Shown: positions 19,588 to 29,017 of the stretch, in pieces
Layout of the letters: each line of letters starts with the position of its first letter
How positions within the stretch are numbered: the first letter of the stretch is position 1
Assembly: GCA_944350315.1 (NCBI GenBank)
Contig: CALVON010000022.1
Span: forward strand, 9,281 to 73,280
Length of the DNA: 64,000 nucleotides
Direction: 5' to 3'
From: an uncultured Bacilli bacterium
GTDB lineage: Bacteria; Bacillota_I; Bacilli_A; RF39; UBA660
Notes under the pieces: generated by a model
Told to the model about the DNA's origin: nothing
Seen by the model: only the letters and a program-made list of their open reading frames with translations
Databases searched by the model: none
Translations under genes and position numbers: made by a program

Positions 19588-22404
19588 ATGGATAAAATTA
19601 TAGTTAAGGGTGCTAGAGTTAATAATTTAAAAAATATCGATATTGAAATTCCCAAAAATAAATTAGTAGTTATGACTGGTGTATCTGGATCTGGAAAAAG
19701 TAGTTTAGCTTTTGATACGATATATGCTGAGGGACAAAGAAGATATATAGAAAGTTTAAGTGCTTATGCTAGGCAATTTTTAGGTGGAAGTGAAAAACCA
19801 GATGTTGATTCAATTGAGGGATTGTCTCCTTCAATTAGCATAGATCAAAAAAGCACAAATAAAAATCCTCGTTCAACTGTTGGTACAATTACAGAAATTT
19901 ACGATTATTTAAGATTACTATATGCACGTGTTGGCGTTCCTTATTGCCCTAAACATCATATTCCTATTGTTCAACAAAGTATTGAGGAAATGACAAACAA
20001 AGTATTAGAAATTGAACCTGGAACAAAAATCATGGTATTAGCTCCCGTGGTAAAAGGAGAGAAAGGTACTCACAAAGATATTTTAGAGCAATTAAGAATA
20101 GATGGTTATATTAGATGTAAGATTGATGGAGAAATTAGGGAACTTACAGAAAATATTGAACTTGAGAAGAATAAAAAACACGTCATTTTAGTTATTATAG
20201 ACCGTTTAATTATAAAAGATGGTATTAGAACTAGACTTTATGATTCTATTGAAAATGCTGCAAAATTAGCAAAAGGAAAAATTATTATTGACCTACCAGA
20301 AAAAAATGAAGAAATTTTAATGAGTGAAGATTTTGCCTGCCCTTATTGTGATTTTTCTTTGTTAGAACTTGAACCTAGAATTTTTTCATTTAATGCTCCT
20401 TATGGCGCTTGTCCCGATTGTAAAGGATTAGGTGTTAAATTCAATATTGATATTGATTTGGTTATTCCTGATAAAAACTTATCAATAAATGAAGGGGCTA
20501 TCAAACCATTTAATATAGACGACGATAATATTAATAGAACACAGTTGGAAACAGTAGCTAAATTTTATAATATAGATTTAAATGCAAAAATTAAAGATTT
20601 AGATAAAGAGAAATTAAATATTATTTTATATGGTTCTCCTGATATTTTAGAATTTAAATATACCTCTAAAAATGGTAACACTAGAAATGCTAAGGATTAT
20701 TTTGAAGGTGTCATTAAAAATTTGGAAAGAAGATATATCGAAACAAAAAGTTCTTGGATTAGAGATTGGATTGAACTTTACATGAGAGAGAGCGTTTGTC
20801 CTACATGTAAAGGGTCAAGGCTAGGTGAGGCAGCCTTATCTGTTCTAATAAATAATAAAAATATTTACGAGGTTTCTTCTCTATCAATAAAAGATCTCAG
20901 AAAATTTATTAATTCTTTGAAATTATCGCCAGAAAAACAAGAGATTGCTTCTTTGTTAATTAAAGAAATTGATAATAGATTAGATTTTTTAATTAATGTT
21001 GGATTAGAATATTTAACTTTGAGTAGAACTGCTGGAACTTTATCTGGCGGGGAGAGTCAAAGAATTAGATTAGCTACACAAATTGGATCAAAACTAACAG
21101 GAGTTTTATATGTTCTTGATGAGCCAAGTATAGGATTACATCAAAAAGACAATCAAAAATTAATTAATTCTTTATTGGAAATGAGAGATTTAGGAAATAC
21201 GTTAATTGTTGTAGAACACGATACTGATACAATGTTAGCGGCTGATTATTTAGTTGATATAGGGCCTTTAGCAGGGGAGCAAGGTGGATATGTTGTTGCT
21301 TGTGGTACTCCACAAGAAGTAATAAAAAATGAAAATAGTATTACGGGGCAATATCTGTCTGGAAAAAGAAAAATTGAAGTACCAAAAACAAGAAGAAAAG
21401 GAAATGGTAAATTTATTAAAGTTGTTGGAGCAAAAGAAAATAATTTAAAAAATATTAATGTATCTTTCCCATTAGGAACATTTACTTGTGTTACAGGAGT
21501 ATCTGGATCTGGAAAAAGCAGTTTAGTAAATGAAATTTTATATAAATCTCTAGCTAGCAATTTATATAATTTTAAGGAAAAGCCTGGTAAGTGCAAAGAA
21601 ATTTTAGGTATTGATGAAATTGATAAAGTAGTATTAATTACTCAAAATCCTATTGGAAGAACCCCTAGAAGTAATCCTGCTACATATGTTGGTGTTTTTG
21701 ATGATATCAGAGATATTTTTGCTGAAACAAAAGAGGCAAAGATTAAAGGATATGATAAAAGTAGGTTTAGTTTTAATGTTAAAGGTGGCAGGTGTGAAGC
21801 TTGCTGGGGAGATGGAGTAAAAAAAATAGAAATGCACTTTTTACCTGATGTATATGTTCCTTGTGATGTTTGCCATGGTACACGCTACAATAAAGAAACT
21901 CTTAGCATAAAATATAAGAATAAAAATATATATGAGGTTTTAGAAATGCGTATAGATGAACTTATTGACTTTTTTGAAAACCATCCAAAAGTTCTTCATA
22001 AACTAAAGACTTTACAAGATGTTGGATTAGGTTATATAAAAATTGGTCAGAGTGCTCCTACATTGTCTGGCGGTGAAGCAGCTAGAGTTAAGTTAGCAAA
22101 AGAGTTGCAAAAAAAACCTACTGGAAAAAGTGTTTTTATACTGGATGAACCTACTACAGGATTACATTCTTACGATATTGAAAAGCTATTATTAATTTTA
22201 AATAGAATTGTTGATAATGGTGATACTGTTATTGTCATTGAGCATAATTTAGATGTCATTAAGGTTGCTGACTATATCATTGATTTAGGTCCTGATGGTG
22301 GAAATGGTGGCGGAAAGGTTGTTGTTACTGGTACTCCAGAAGAAGTGGCAAAACATAAAACAAGTTATACTGGAATGTTTTTAAAAGAGTATTTAAAAAA
22401 GTAA
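19588..22404 (+). CDS. uvrA: Excinuclease ABC subunit UvrA
   Basis: 938 aa, two ABC ATPase modules (GVSGSGKSS twice, LSGGE signatures) and zinc-finger cysteines. No adjacent uvrB. Confidence 0.95.
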   Translation: MDKIIVKGARVNNLKNIDIEIPKNKLVVMTGVSGSGKSSLAFDTIYAEGQRRYIESLSAYARQFLGGSEKPDVDSIEGLSPSISIDQKSTNKNPRSTVGTITEIYDYLRLLYARVGVPYCPKHHIPIVQQSIEEMTNKVLEIEPGTKIMVLAPVVKGEKGTHKDILEQLRIDGYIRCKIDGEIRELTENIELEKNKKHVILVIIDRLIIKDGIRTRLYDSIENAAKLAKGKIIIDLPEKNEEILMSEDFACPYCDFSLLELEPRIFSFNAPYGACPDCKGLGVKFNIDIDLVIPDKNLSINEGAIKPFNIDDDNINRTQLETVAKFYNIDLNAKIKDLDKEKLNIILYGSPDILEFKYTSKNGNTRNAKDYFEGVIKNLERRYIETKSSWIRDWIELYMRESVCPTCKGSRLGEAALSVLINNKNIYEVSSLSIKDLRKFINSLKLSPEKQEIASLLIKEIDNRLDFLINVGLEYLTLSRTAGTLSGGESQRIRLATQIGSKLTGVLYVLDEPSIGLHQKDNQKLINSLLEMRDLGNTLIVVEHDTDTMLAADYLVDIGPLAGEQGGYVVACGTPQEVIKNENSITGQYLSGKRKIEVPKTRRKGNGKFIKVVGAKENNLKNINVSFPLGTFTCVTGVSGSGKSSLVNEILYKSLASNLYNFKEKPGKCKEILGIDEIDKVVLITQNPIGRTPRSNPATYVGVFDDIRDIFAETKEAKIKGYDKSRFSFNVKGGRCEACWGDGVKKIEMHFLPDVYVPCDVCHGTRYNKETLSIKYKNKNIYEVLEMRIDELIDFFENHPKVLHKLKTLQDVGLGYIKIGQSAPTLSGGEAARVKLAKELQKKPTGKSVFILDEPTTGLHSYDIEKLLLILNRIVDNGDTVIVIEHNLDVIKVADYIIDLGPDGGNGGGKVVVTGTPEEVAKHKTSYTGMFLKEYLKK

Positions 22405-22476
22405 AATTTTAATATTTTTTACTTTTTTTGAATATACTTTTTTTTTTTACATATCTTTTAGTGAAGAGAGGTTATT

Positions 22477-23946
22477 ATGGAAAAAATAGATGTTATTAAA
22501 AATATTGCTAAACGTACTGGTGGTGATATTTATTTAGGTGTTGTAGGTGCTGTTAGGACTGGTAAATCTACTTTTATTAGAAGATTTATGGAAAATTTAG
22601 TAGTTCCAAATATACAAGACGAATTTGAAAAAAAGCGAACATTAGATGAATTACCACAAGCTGCTAGTGGAAAAATGATTATGACTACTGAGCCAAAATT
22701 TGTACCTGCTAATGCAGCTAAAATTATGATTGATGAGTTTTCAGCTAATATTAAAATGATTGATTGTGTTGGTTATGTTATTAATAATGCAAAAGGTGTT
22801 GATGATGAAAATGGCCCTAGATATGTAATGACTCCTTGGTATAGCGAACCTATTCCATTTGTGGAAGCTGCAGAAATAGGTACTGAGAAGGTAATAAAAG
22901 ACCATTCTACAATTGGAATTGTTGTGACTACTGATGGCAGCTTTGGAGAATTTAATAGAAATGATTATGTAGAAGCTGAAGAAACAGTTATCAATGAACT
23001 TAAAGAAATTGGCAAACCATATATTGTTTTACTTAATAGTGCTAATCCTTCTAGTAATGAAACAATTAATTTGACAGAAGAGTTAAAAAGCAAATATGGG
23101 GTTCCTGTTTTACCAATAAATGTTGAATTAATGCAAGAAAGAGATATGTATAATATTTTAAAAGAAGCTTTATATGAATTTCCGGTTGTTGAAGTTAAAG
23201 TTAATATTCCTGATTGGATTGCGGTCTTGAATCCTGATCATTACATAAAAAAAACATATATTGAAAAGATTAAAGAAAGTATTGTTACAATTAATAAAAT
23301 AAGAGATGTAAACTTAATAACTAATTATTTTAATGATTGTGAATATATAAAAAATTCTTATTTATCAGATGTTGATACTTCTACTGGAGAGGTAACAATA
23401 AATTTAGTAGCTCCGGATGGTTTATATAATCAAGTACTTAAAGAAATTATTAATGTTGATATTTCATCAAAAGCCGATTTATTATATTTATTTCAAGAAT
23501 TTAATGATACTAAAACAGAATATGATCAAATTAAATCTGCTCTTAAAACTGTTAAACAGACAGGATACGGAATTGCTGCTCCTACTTTAGCGGATATGAA
23601 ATTAGAAACTCCAGAAATTATAAAACAGGGCAGTAGATATGGTGTTAAACTTAAAGCTAAAGCTCCTTCTATTCATATGATTAAAGTAGATGTCGAATCG
23701 ACTTTTGAACCTATTATTGGTAGTGAGGTGCAGAGTAAAGAATTAATTAACTATTTAACTGATTCTAATAAAAATAATGATATTTGGAAAAGTGAAATTT
23801 TTGGAAGAAGTTTAGATGTAATTGTTCAAGAGGGTATTCAAGCAAAACTAGCAATGATGCCTGAAAGTGTTAGATATAAGCTTTGCCAAACTTTAACAAA
23901 AATTATTAATAAAGGCAGTTCGACAATGATTGCTATAGTTATATAG
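22477..23946 (+). CDS. spoIVA: Stage IV sporulation protein A (spore coat morphogenetic ATPase)
   Basis: 489 aa with N-terminal Walker A GVVGAVRTGKSTFI and full-length SpoIVA-like sequence. Confidence 0.9.
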   Translation: MEKIDVIKNIAKRTGGDIYLGVVGAVRTGKSTFIRRFMENLVVPNIQDEFEKKRTLDELPQAASGKMIMTTEPKFVPANAAKIMIDEFSANIKMIDCVGYVINNAKGVDDENGPRYVMTPWYSEPIPFVEAAEIGTEKVIKDHSTIGIVVTTDGSFGEFNRNDYVEAEETVINELKEIGKPYIVLLNSANPSSNETINLTEELKSKYGVPVLPINVELMQERDMYNILKEALYEFPVVEVKVNIPDWIAVLNPDHYIKKTYIEKIKESIVTINKIRDVNLITNYFNDCEYIKNSYLSDVDTSTGEVTINLVAPDGLYNQVLKEIINVDISSKADLLYLFQEFNDTKTEYDQIKSALKTVKQTGYGIAAPTLADMKLETPEIIKQGSRYGVKLKAKAPSIHMIKVDVESTFEPIIGSEVQSKELINYLTDSNKNNDIWKSEIFGRSLDVIVQEGIQAKLAMMPESVRYKLCQTLTKIINKGSSTMIAIVI

Positions 23947-24091
23947 TAAACTTGTGTAAAGTGCTTATTAAAAAGAAGAGTTTTGCTCTTTTTTTTTATA
24001 AAAGTATTGATTTTAGGTTAATTTCATGTTATTGTATTGTTGTAAGCATAGATATATTCTTGCTTAAATATAAAGATGGAGGTAAATAAAA

Positions 24092-24364
24092 ATGACAAAA
24101 GCATGTTTAGTTGATTACATCGCTGAAAATGCAGACTTAACAAAAGCTGATGCTACTAGAGCATTAGAAGCTATGTTGGCTGGTGTAGAAAAAGGATTAA
24201 AAGAGGACGGAAAAGTTACTTTAGTAGGATTTGGTACTTTTTCTGCTAAAAAGAGAGAAGCTAGAACTGGTAGAAACCCACAAACTGGCGAAGAGGTTAA
24301 AATACCTGCTCGTGTAGTTCCTAGTTTTAAAGCTGGAAACAAATTAAAAGATGCTTTAAATTAG
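24092..24364 (+). CDS. hup: DNA-binding protein HU
   Basis: 90-aa ORF with the HU signature GFGTF...[22 protein letters not shown]. Confidence 0.95.
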   Translation: MTKACLVDYIAENADLTKADATRALEAMLAGVEKGLKEDGKVTLVGFGTFSAKKREARTGRNPQTGEEVKIPARVVPSFKAGNKLKDALN

Positions 24365-24414
24365 TCTTTTATAATAGATACAACTTTAATTTATGTTGTA
24401 ATAAAAGGAAAGCT

Positions 24415-24449
24415 AAAAAAACACAAATGTAGTAGTTTGTGTTTTTTTA
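24415..24449. terminator. Bidirectional terminator between convergent hup and the XRE-S24 gene
   Basis: A6-ACACAAA-TGTAGTAG-TTTGTGT-T7: a hairpin flanked by A and T runs. Confidence 0.65.
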
Positions 24450-25115
24450 TTATTTTATTTCTCTATGAATTGCTATAACCTTTCCCAATATCATATCTGA
24501 AGATATAATATTTATATTTATACTAGGAAATTTAGGATTCATTGCTTGAAGAATTATACCTTTAGGATATTTATACAGTTTTCTTACCGATAAAATATTA
24601 GGTTTTGTAGCTATTATAATATCGTCACCATTTTTGTAATCATCTTTTTTTTCAAAGAATACTTTATCATTTTTTAAATAAAATGGTGTCATTGAATCAT
24701 CTATTATTTTAACTGATAATTCTGATTTACCAATAATAGGCTCATATGCAACATTTTTATATGTATTAATTATTTTTTCATTTTTTACGGTTAAATTTTT
24801 ATCTGTTCTTGTGCTAGATATATAGTTTTTGACAAATTTATTTTCTAAATTTTTCTTTTCTTCTTCACTAACATCTAAATTATTTAATATTGACGCGTCA
24901 ATATTAAATATATCACATATCTCAAAGAAAATATTATATGGTATGTTTAATAATCCAGTTTCATATTTATGTAGCGTTTGCCTGTTTTTTTGATGGTTTA
25001 AGGCAATTGATAAATCTTCAAGTGAATAGTTATATTTTTGTCTATTTTCTTTAATTATTCTTCCGATAAAAGGTTTTAACTCATCGCTTACTAATTCATT
25101 TTTTCTTGTTCTCAT
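24450..25115 (-). CDS. XRE-HTH / S24 (LexA/CI-like) peptidase-domain repressor
   Basis: N-terminal XRE HTH (YSLEDLSIALNHQKNRQTLHKYETG). The C-terminal S24-like domain has DDSMTP (catalytic Ser context) and a later basic Lys region. Confidence 0.65.
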   Translation of the reverse strand: MRTRKNELVSDELKPFIGRIIKENRQKYNYSLEDLSIALNHQKNRQTLHKYETGLLNIPYNIFFEICDIFNIDASILNNLDVSEEEKKNLENKFVKNYISSTRTDKNLTVKNEKIINTYKNVAYEPIIGKSELSVKIIDDSMTPFYLKNDKVFFEKKDDYKNGDDIIIATKPNILSVRKLYKYPKGIILQAMNPKFPSININIISSDMILGKVIAIHREIK

Positions 25116-25126
25116 ATAACCTCCAA

Positions 25127-25789
25127 TTAATTAACTTTTTTTAATATAGCTATTGGGATTGTTCCTATTGTACCAATGATTGTTTTAATCATATATCTTA
25201 TTACTATGCATAGTATTAAGTTAACTATTTTGTACTCAAATAAATATGCTATTAAGACAAATAGTAAATTTTCAAATAATTCAACAATTATTATTGAGAA
25301 TACATTACAAAATAATACTTGATTTTGTAATTTTTTCAATGAATAATATATTTTACTGCTTATAAAACATGAGCCAATTAGCGATACTATTAAAGCAATG
25401 TAAACTCTTAAATTATATTTAAATATATTATCAAACGATTTGTTGGCTATTTCATTATATTTGCTTACTTCTATCAATCCTGATAAATTCAAAAAGCAGC
25501 TACTAATTAACACAGTCAATAAAATTAAAATAATATATGTTTTTAATTCATCTAGCCCTCTTTTTTGAGTAATTAAGTTTCCACCAACAATAATTGATGT
25601 TGTAGTTGCAAATCCTATAGGAATATCAACATTCATAATATCAATTTTTTTAAGGCTCATTATGCAAGAAATAAAAGTAAATATTATTCCATATACATAT
25701 ATTCCATCCGTTTTGTATTTCTTATATAATATTATTAATGATATATAGCAGATAATCATTTCCGCAAAAATTAAAATTAAATTTCTCAT
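25127..25789 (-). CDS. Polytopic membrane protein, VUT/YhhQ (DUF165)-like, paralog 2
   Basis: 220 aa, about 6 TM helices. By-eye similarity to the VUT family (VLFCNVFSIIIVELFENLLFVLIAY resembles LRNNLST..SQ.IDT.LF..IAF). ATGA overlap with the upstream paralog. Confidence 0.4.
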   Translation of the reverse strand: MRNLILIFAEMIICYISLIILYKKYKTDGIYVYGIIFTFISCIMSLKKIDIMNVDIPIGFATTTSIIVGGNLITQKRGLDELKTYIILILLTVLISSCFLNLSGLIEVSKYNEIANKSFDNIFKYNLRVYIALIVSLIGSCFISSKIYYSLKKLQNQVLFCNVFSIIIVELFENLLFVLIAYLFEYKIVNLILCIVIRYMIKTIIGTIGTIPIAILKKVN

Positions 25790-26451
25790 CTTTTCACCTT
25801 CTTATTAATAATACTTTGCACAAGAATTAGATTAATTAGAGTAATTGGTATTCCGATAATGTAAGTTGAAATGCCAATGAATATTGAGTTATATAGTGTC
25901 AAAGTACTAATATAAGATAGTATACAAAAAATTAACGTGTAAATTAATCCAGTAATAATGTATGTCAATAATACACATATAAGAATATTTTTGTTAATTG
26001 ATAACAGAATTTGGGATAATTTAATAATTGAAAGCTCACTTAATAATGTAATTAATGGATAAAATATTATAATTTTATAATTGTGTTCAAAGGTTGCTTG
26101 CATATTTATTGATATTGTTTCTGTTATTGCTGGTGTAAAAAAATTTAGAACAGCTAATGAACAACTTGTTATTATGTTAGTTATTAACAATATAATAATT
26201 ATATTTTTGTTTTCTTTACTTCCATATTTAGCATTAATTATATATAGTATGATCATTATTCCAATAAGGGGAATTATATTTAAATTTATATTCATTTTGA
26301 AGACATATGCTATTTTAAATGATAAAATATATGAAAGTAGATTTATTATCACTAATGAAAAATATAATCCTCTTTTATCTAGTATTTTATAGATACAAAA
26401 AGTTGTTAGTATGGTTAGTAGTATCAATATTATGAATATAAGTTCTTCCAT
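25786..26451 (-). CDS. Polytopic membrane protein, VUT/YhhQ (DUF165)-like, paralog 1
   Basis: 221 aa, about 6 TM helices, with IPLIGIMIILYIINAKYGSKE resembling the VUT YP..F..D..sE.YG segment. Extended -10 TGTTATAAT (26476-26484, minus strand) and a short leader without riboswitch-like structure. Confidence 0.4.
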   Translation of the reverse strand: MEELIFIILILLTILTTFCIYKILDKRGLYFSLVIINLLSYILSFKIAYVFKMNINLNIIPLIGIMIILYIINAKYGSKENKNIIIILLITNIITSCSLAVLNFFTPAITETISINMQATFEHNYKIIIFYPLITLLSELSIIKLSQILLSINKNILICVLLTYIITGLIYTLIFCILSYISTLTLYNSIFIGISTYIIGIPITLINLILVQSIINKKVKR

Positions 26452-26492
26452 TTTTCCACCTTCTTATTCATGTTTATTATAACATAAAAATT

Positions 26493-26519
26493 AAAGATAC
26501 AAAATATTTTTGTATCTTT
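26493..26519 (-). terminator. Terminator after the HgdB-like gene
   Basis: AAAGATACA/TGTATCTTT 9-bp stem with a 9-nt loop. T-rich on both sides. Confidence 0.5.
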
Positions 26520-26535
26520 TTCTTAAAATAAATTT

Positions 26536-27600
26536 TTATTTGTTTTTCTTATTAAAAATCATATCATTAAAAGCTTCTATTTTTGTATCAATATTTGAAA
26601 TATTATTTTCACCATCAAAACTTAAATACAATATTGGAACATTGTAATCTTCACTTATTTGGTTTAATACGGGCATTGCATTTATTTCTGGTACGCAACT
26701 AAAACTTTTTATGTGAATGATTCCGTCTACTCCCTTTTTGGCATGTTCTAATGCATGAACAACAGATTCTGTTCCATCTGCTCCTAAAGCATATTTTAAA
26801 TATTTTCTTCCTTTAAATAATAACATTTTTTTCATAAAACGTTTTTTAATTAGTAAATACGTCAAATTAGTATACCTTATAATTTCTATTCCCTCTTGAA
26901 TTAAACTTCTTTCTAAATTGTTACTTGAATTTAAATCCATTAAAGAATATAATTCACCAATTAATAAAATTTTGATTCTTGTTTTTTCTTCTAATTCAAT
27001 ACTACGATATTCTTTATAATATTTTTTGTATATTTTTATAATCTTTATAATACCTAATTTTTCTTTGGAAAACTCTTGATGCATTTTTTCTTCTTTTATT
27101 TTAAAGGAATTTTTTTCTTTTTCGTATCCCATATTTTTTCGTAAATAATCATCTAGTTTATCCATAAAAATTATAATTAATATTCCTTGTATTAAATAAT
27201 ATGCATATAAAAATATATTTAATTTTTTATTTAATTTTTTTGATATTTTATACATTTTTATAACTGATATATGATTATTTTTAATTAAATTAATAAAATC
27301 AAATTTATATCCTAAACTTTTTAATATTCCCTCTTGTAATTCAGCAAAATATCCATATCTACAACCACCACCGCCTTGAATTAATATATCTGCTCCTGAG
27401 TTTAGTGCTTGAATATAATTTCCTAAGTTATATTTAAATGGCATACAAATATCCTCGGGACTATATCTTGAACCTAATTCTATTGTTTCTTTATTATTTT
27501 CCGGGGGAATTAAGACTTTATATTTTGTTATATTTTCTACAATATATTTTATTGGTATGTAATATTTTCCTAAATGAGGAAATGAAATTATTTTATTCAT
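26536..27600 (-). CDS. 2-hydroxyacyl-CoA dehydratase subunit-like protein (HgdB/D-component-like C-terminal module of the 'CoA enzyme activase' family)
   Basis: About 354 aa. The N-terminus (FPHLGKYYIPIKYI...GSRYSPEDICMPFKYNLGNYI) is typical of this family. Start is the ATG at 27600 after GGAGG, overlapping the upstream stop (ATGAATAA), which suggests translational coupling. Confidence 0.55.
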   Translation of the reverse strand: MNKIISFPHLGKYYIPIKYIVENITKYKVLIPPENNKETIELGSRYSPEDICMPFKYNLGNYIQALNSGADILIQGGGGCRYGYFAELQEGILKSLGYKFDFINLIKNNHISVIKMYKISKKLNKKLNIFLYAYYLIQGILIIIFMDKLDDYLRKNMGYEKEKNSFKIKEEKMHQEFSKEKLGIIKIIKIYKKYYKEYRSIELEEKTRIKILLIGELYSLMDLNSSNNLERSLIQEGIEIIRYTNLTYLLIKKRFMKKMLLFKGRKYLKYALGADGTESVVHALEHAKKGVDGIIHIKSFSCVPEINAMPVLNQISEDYNVPILYLSFDGENNISNIDTKIEAFNDMIFNKKNK

Positions 27601-28507
27601 TTTGACCTCCATTTATAATATCTATAAAACTTTCTAGTTTTGTTTCTAAACTTAAATCAGTTATGTTTTCATCGATTACCAGTGTTAGAATTGGAATTTC
27701 TGAGTTTTTTAAAATTGCTAAGTTATTTACAAGAGAGTCTATCCCACATGGATATGTTGAGATAAATATTATTCCATCTATTTGATGTTTATAATAATAT
27801 AGGCTACCTATCATTTCTTTAGAATATTTCCAATATAGGGTGTTTGAAAAGTACTCTGAAAATTCTGCTGCTAACTTTTTATTTAAATTATTTGATAGGA
27901 TAGGGGTTACATTATTTTTTTCTAAATAGTCTATAATGTAATTAGAAATAAATTTATCTTTAATATTATAAAAATGAGATAAAATTAATATTTTTTTGTT
28001 TTTCTTTAATAACTTATTATTTTCTTCTTTATGTTTATTAATATCATAATTTTTTTGCTTTTTGTTTGCATAGAAATAGCTATATATTATTTTTATGGGA
28101 TTTTTACTGAATTTTAGGCCTATTTTAAAAAATTCAAATATTTGATATTTGTGATTTGTATGATCTATGTTAAAATCAATAATCATTTCTTTAGGGATAA
28201 TATATTTTAAATTATCATATGTTCCATTTAATCTAGTACATACTTTATCTTTTTTTCCATAATCACACACGCGAGAAACCAAAATGTAGTCACATTTTTC
28301 TGACAAATAAATAGCATGTCCAATATATATTTTATAAGATAGGCAGCATTCATCAATTGTATTATTTATACCTAAATTTAAAATTTCTCTATTTGTTTCT
28401 GGGCTTAATACAACATTTAATCCTAATTTTTCAAAAAAGCTTTTCCATAACACTCCATATCTGTAATATAAAAATGCTCTGGGTATTCCTATTTTTATTT
28501 TTTTCAT
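27593..28507 (-). CDS. Acyl-CoA dehydratase activase-related protein (DUF2229-like)
   Basis: 304 aa. N-terminus KIGIPRAFLYYRYGVLWKSFFEKLG...ECCLSYKIYIGH matches the DUF2229 pattern as I know it. No BcrAD/BadFG-type ATPase gene in the window. Confidence 0.55.
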   Translation of the reverse strand: MKKIKIGIPRAFLYYRYGVLWKSFFEKLGLNVVLSPETNREILNLGINNTIDECCLSYKIYIGHAIYLSEKCDYILVSRVCDYGKKDKVCTRLNGTYDNLKYIIPKEMIIDFNIDHTNHKYQIFEFFKIGLKFSKNPIKIIYSYFYANKKQKNYDINKHKEENNKLLKKNKKILILSHFYNIKDKFISNYIIDYLEKNNVTPILSNNLNKKLAAEFSEYFSNTLYWKYSKEMIGSLYYYKHQIDGIIFISTYPCGIDSLVNNLAILKNSEIPILTLVIDENITDLSLETKLESFIDIINGGQNE

Positions 28508-28552
28508 TTTTCACCTTAATAAAATATATGTTATTATTTTTAAAATATGCTT

Positions 28553-28575
28553 ATAAAAAAAAGGCTATTCGCCTT
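28553..28575 (-). terminator. Terminator of rpoE overlapping its stop codon
   Basis: Minus strand AAGGC-GAATA-GCCTT followed by a T run. Confidence 0.45.
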
Positions 28576-29008
28576 CTTCGTCTAATTCTTCTTCATTAAG
28601 TATGGTCAAATCTGTCAAATCTTCTTCTGCATATTCTTCTTCATCATCTATTGAATTATATTCGTCTTCTTGATTGTATTCGTCATCTTCTTCAGAAGAA
28701 ATATCATCTTCGTAGTCTTCTTCTTTATCTTCATATAGTTCTTCCATATCTATTTTTACTTTGTGATTACTTCTTAAGTCCCATTTCCCATCATCTAGCA
28801 AAATAAATTCTTTTGATGTGGTTAATGATTGAAAGAAGTCTGCTATTTTTTCTTGATATTCTCTTTCTGAAAGTCCCAATAATGAGCATACTTGATGAAA
28901 TAAATCAGCAGTGGTCATTGTTTTGTTATTTTCTTCAAGATATAACTTTGCAATGCTAGTATAAGGTAATAATTCTAATTCCTCTTTTGTCATTTTACTT
29001 AATTTCAT
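28565..29008 (-). CDS. rpoE: DNA-directed RNA polymerase delta subunit
   Basis: N-terminal HARE-HTH-like domain (LPYTSIAKLYLEENNKTMTTADLF...FILLDDGKWDLR) plus a long D/E-rich C-terminal tail, the hallmark of RpoE of Bacilli/Mollicutes. Confidence 0.85.
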   Translation of the reverse strand: MKLSKMTKEELELLPYTSIAKLYLEENNKTMTTADLFHQVCSLLGLSEREYQEKIADFFQSLTTSKEFILLDDGKWDLRSNHKVKIDMEELYEDKEEDYEDDISSEEDDEYNQEDEYNSIDDEEEYAEEDLTDLTILNEEELDEEGE

Positions 29009-29017
29009 TTTTTCCTC

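Noticed and set aside
24450-25115. XRE-S24 repressor as LexA or as the marker of a prophage
   Set aside because: The N-terminal domain is XRE-type, not the LexA winged helix. I saw no Cheo-box-like GAAC-N4-GTTC upstream of uvrA or of this operon. No integrase, excisionase, att-like repeats or phage structural genes are nearby.
27496-27511. NBS-like ATTTTCCGGGGGAATT inside the DUF2229-like gene
   Set aside because: It is not palindromic and matches about 11 of 14 positions of ATTTCCCGGGAAAT, so it is unlikely to be a functional site.
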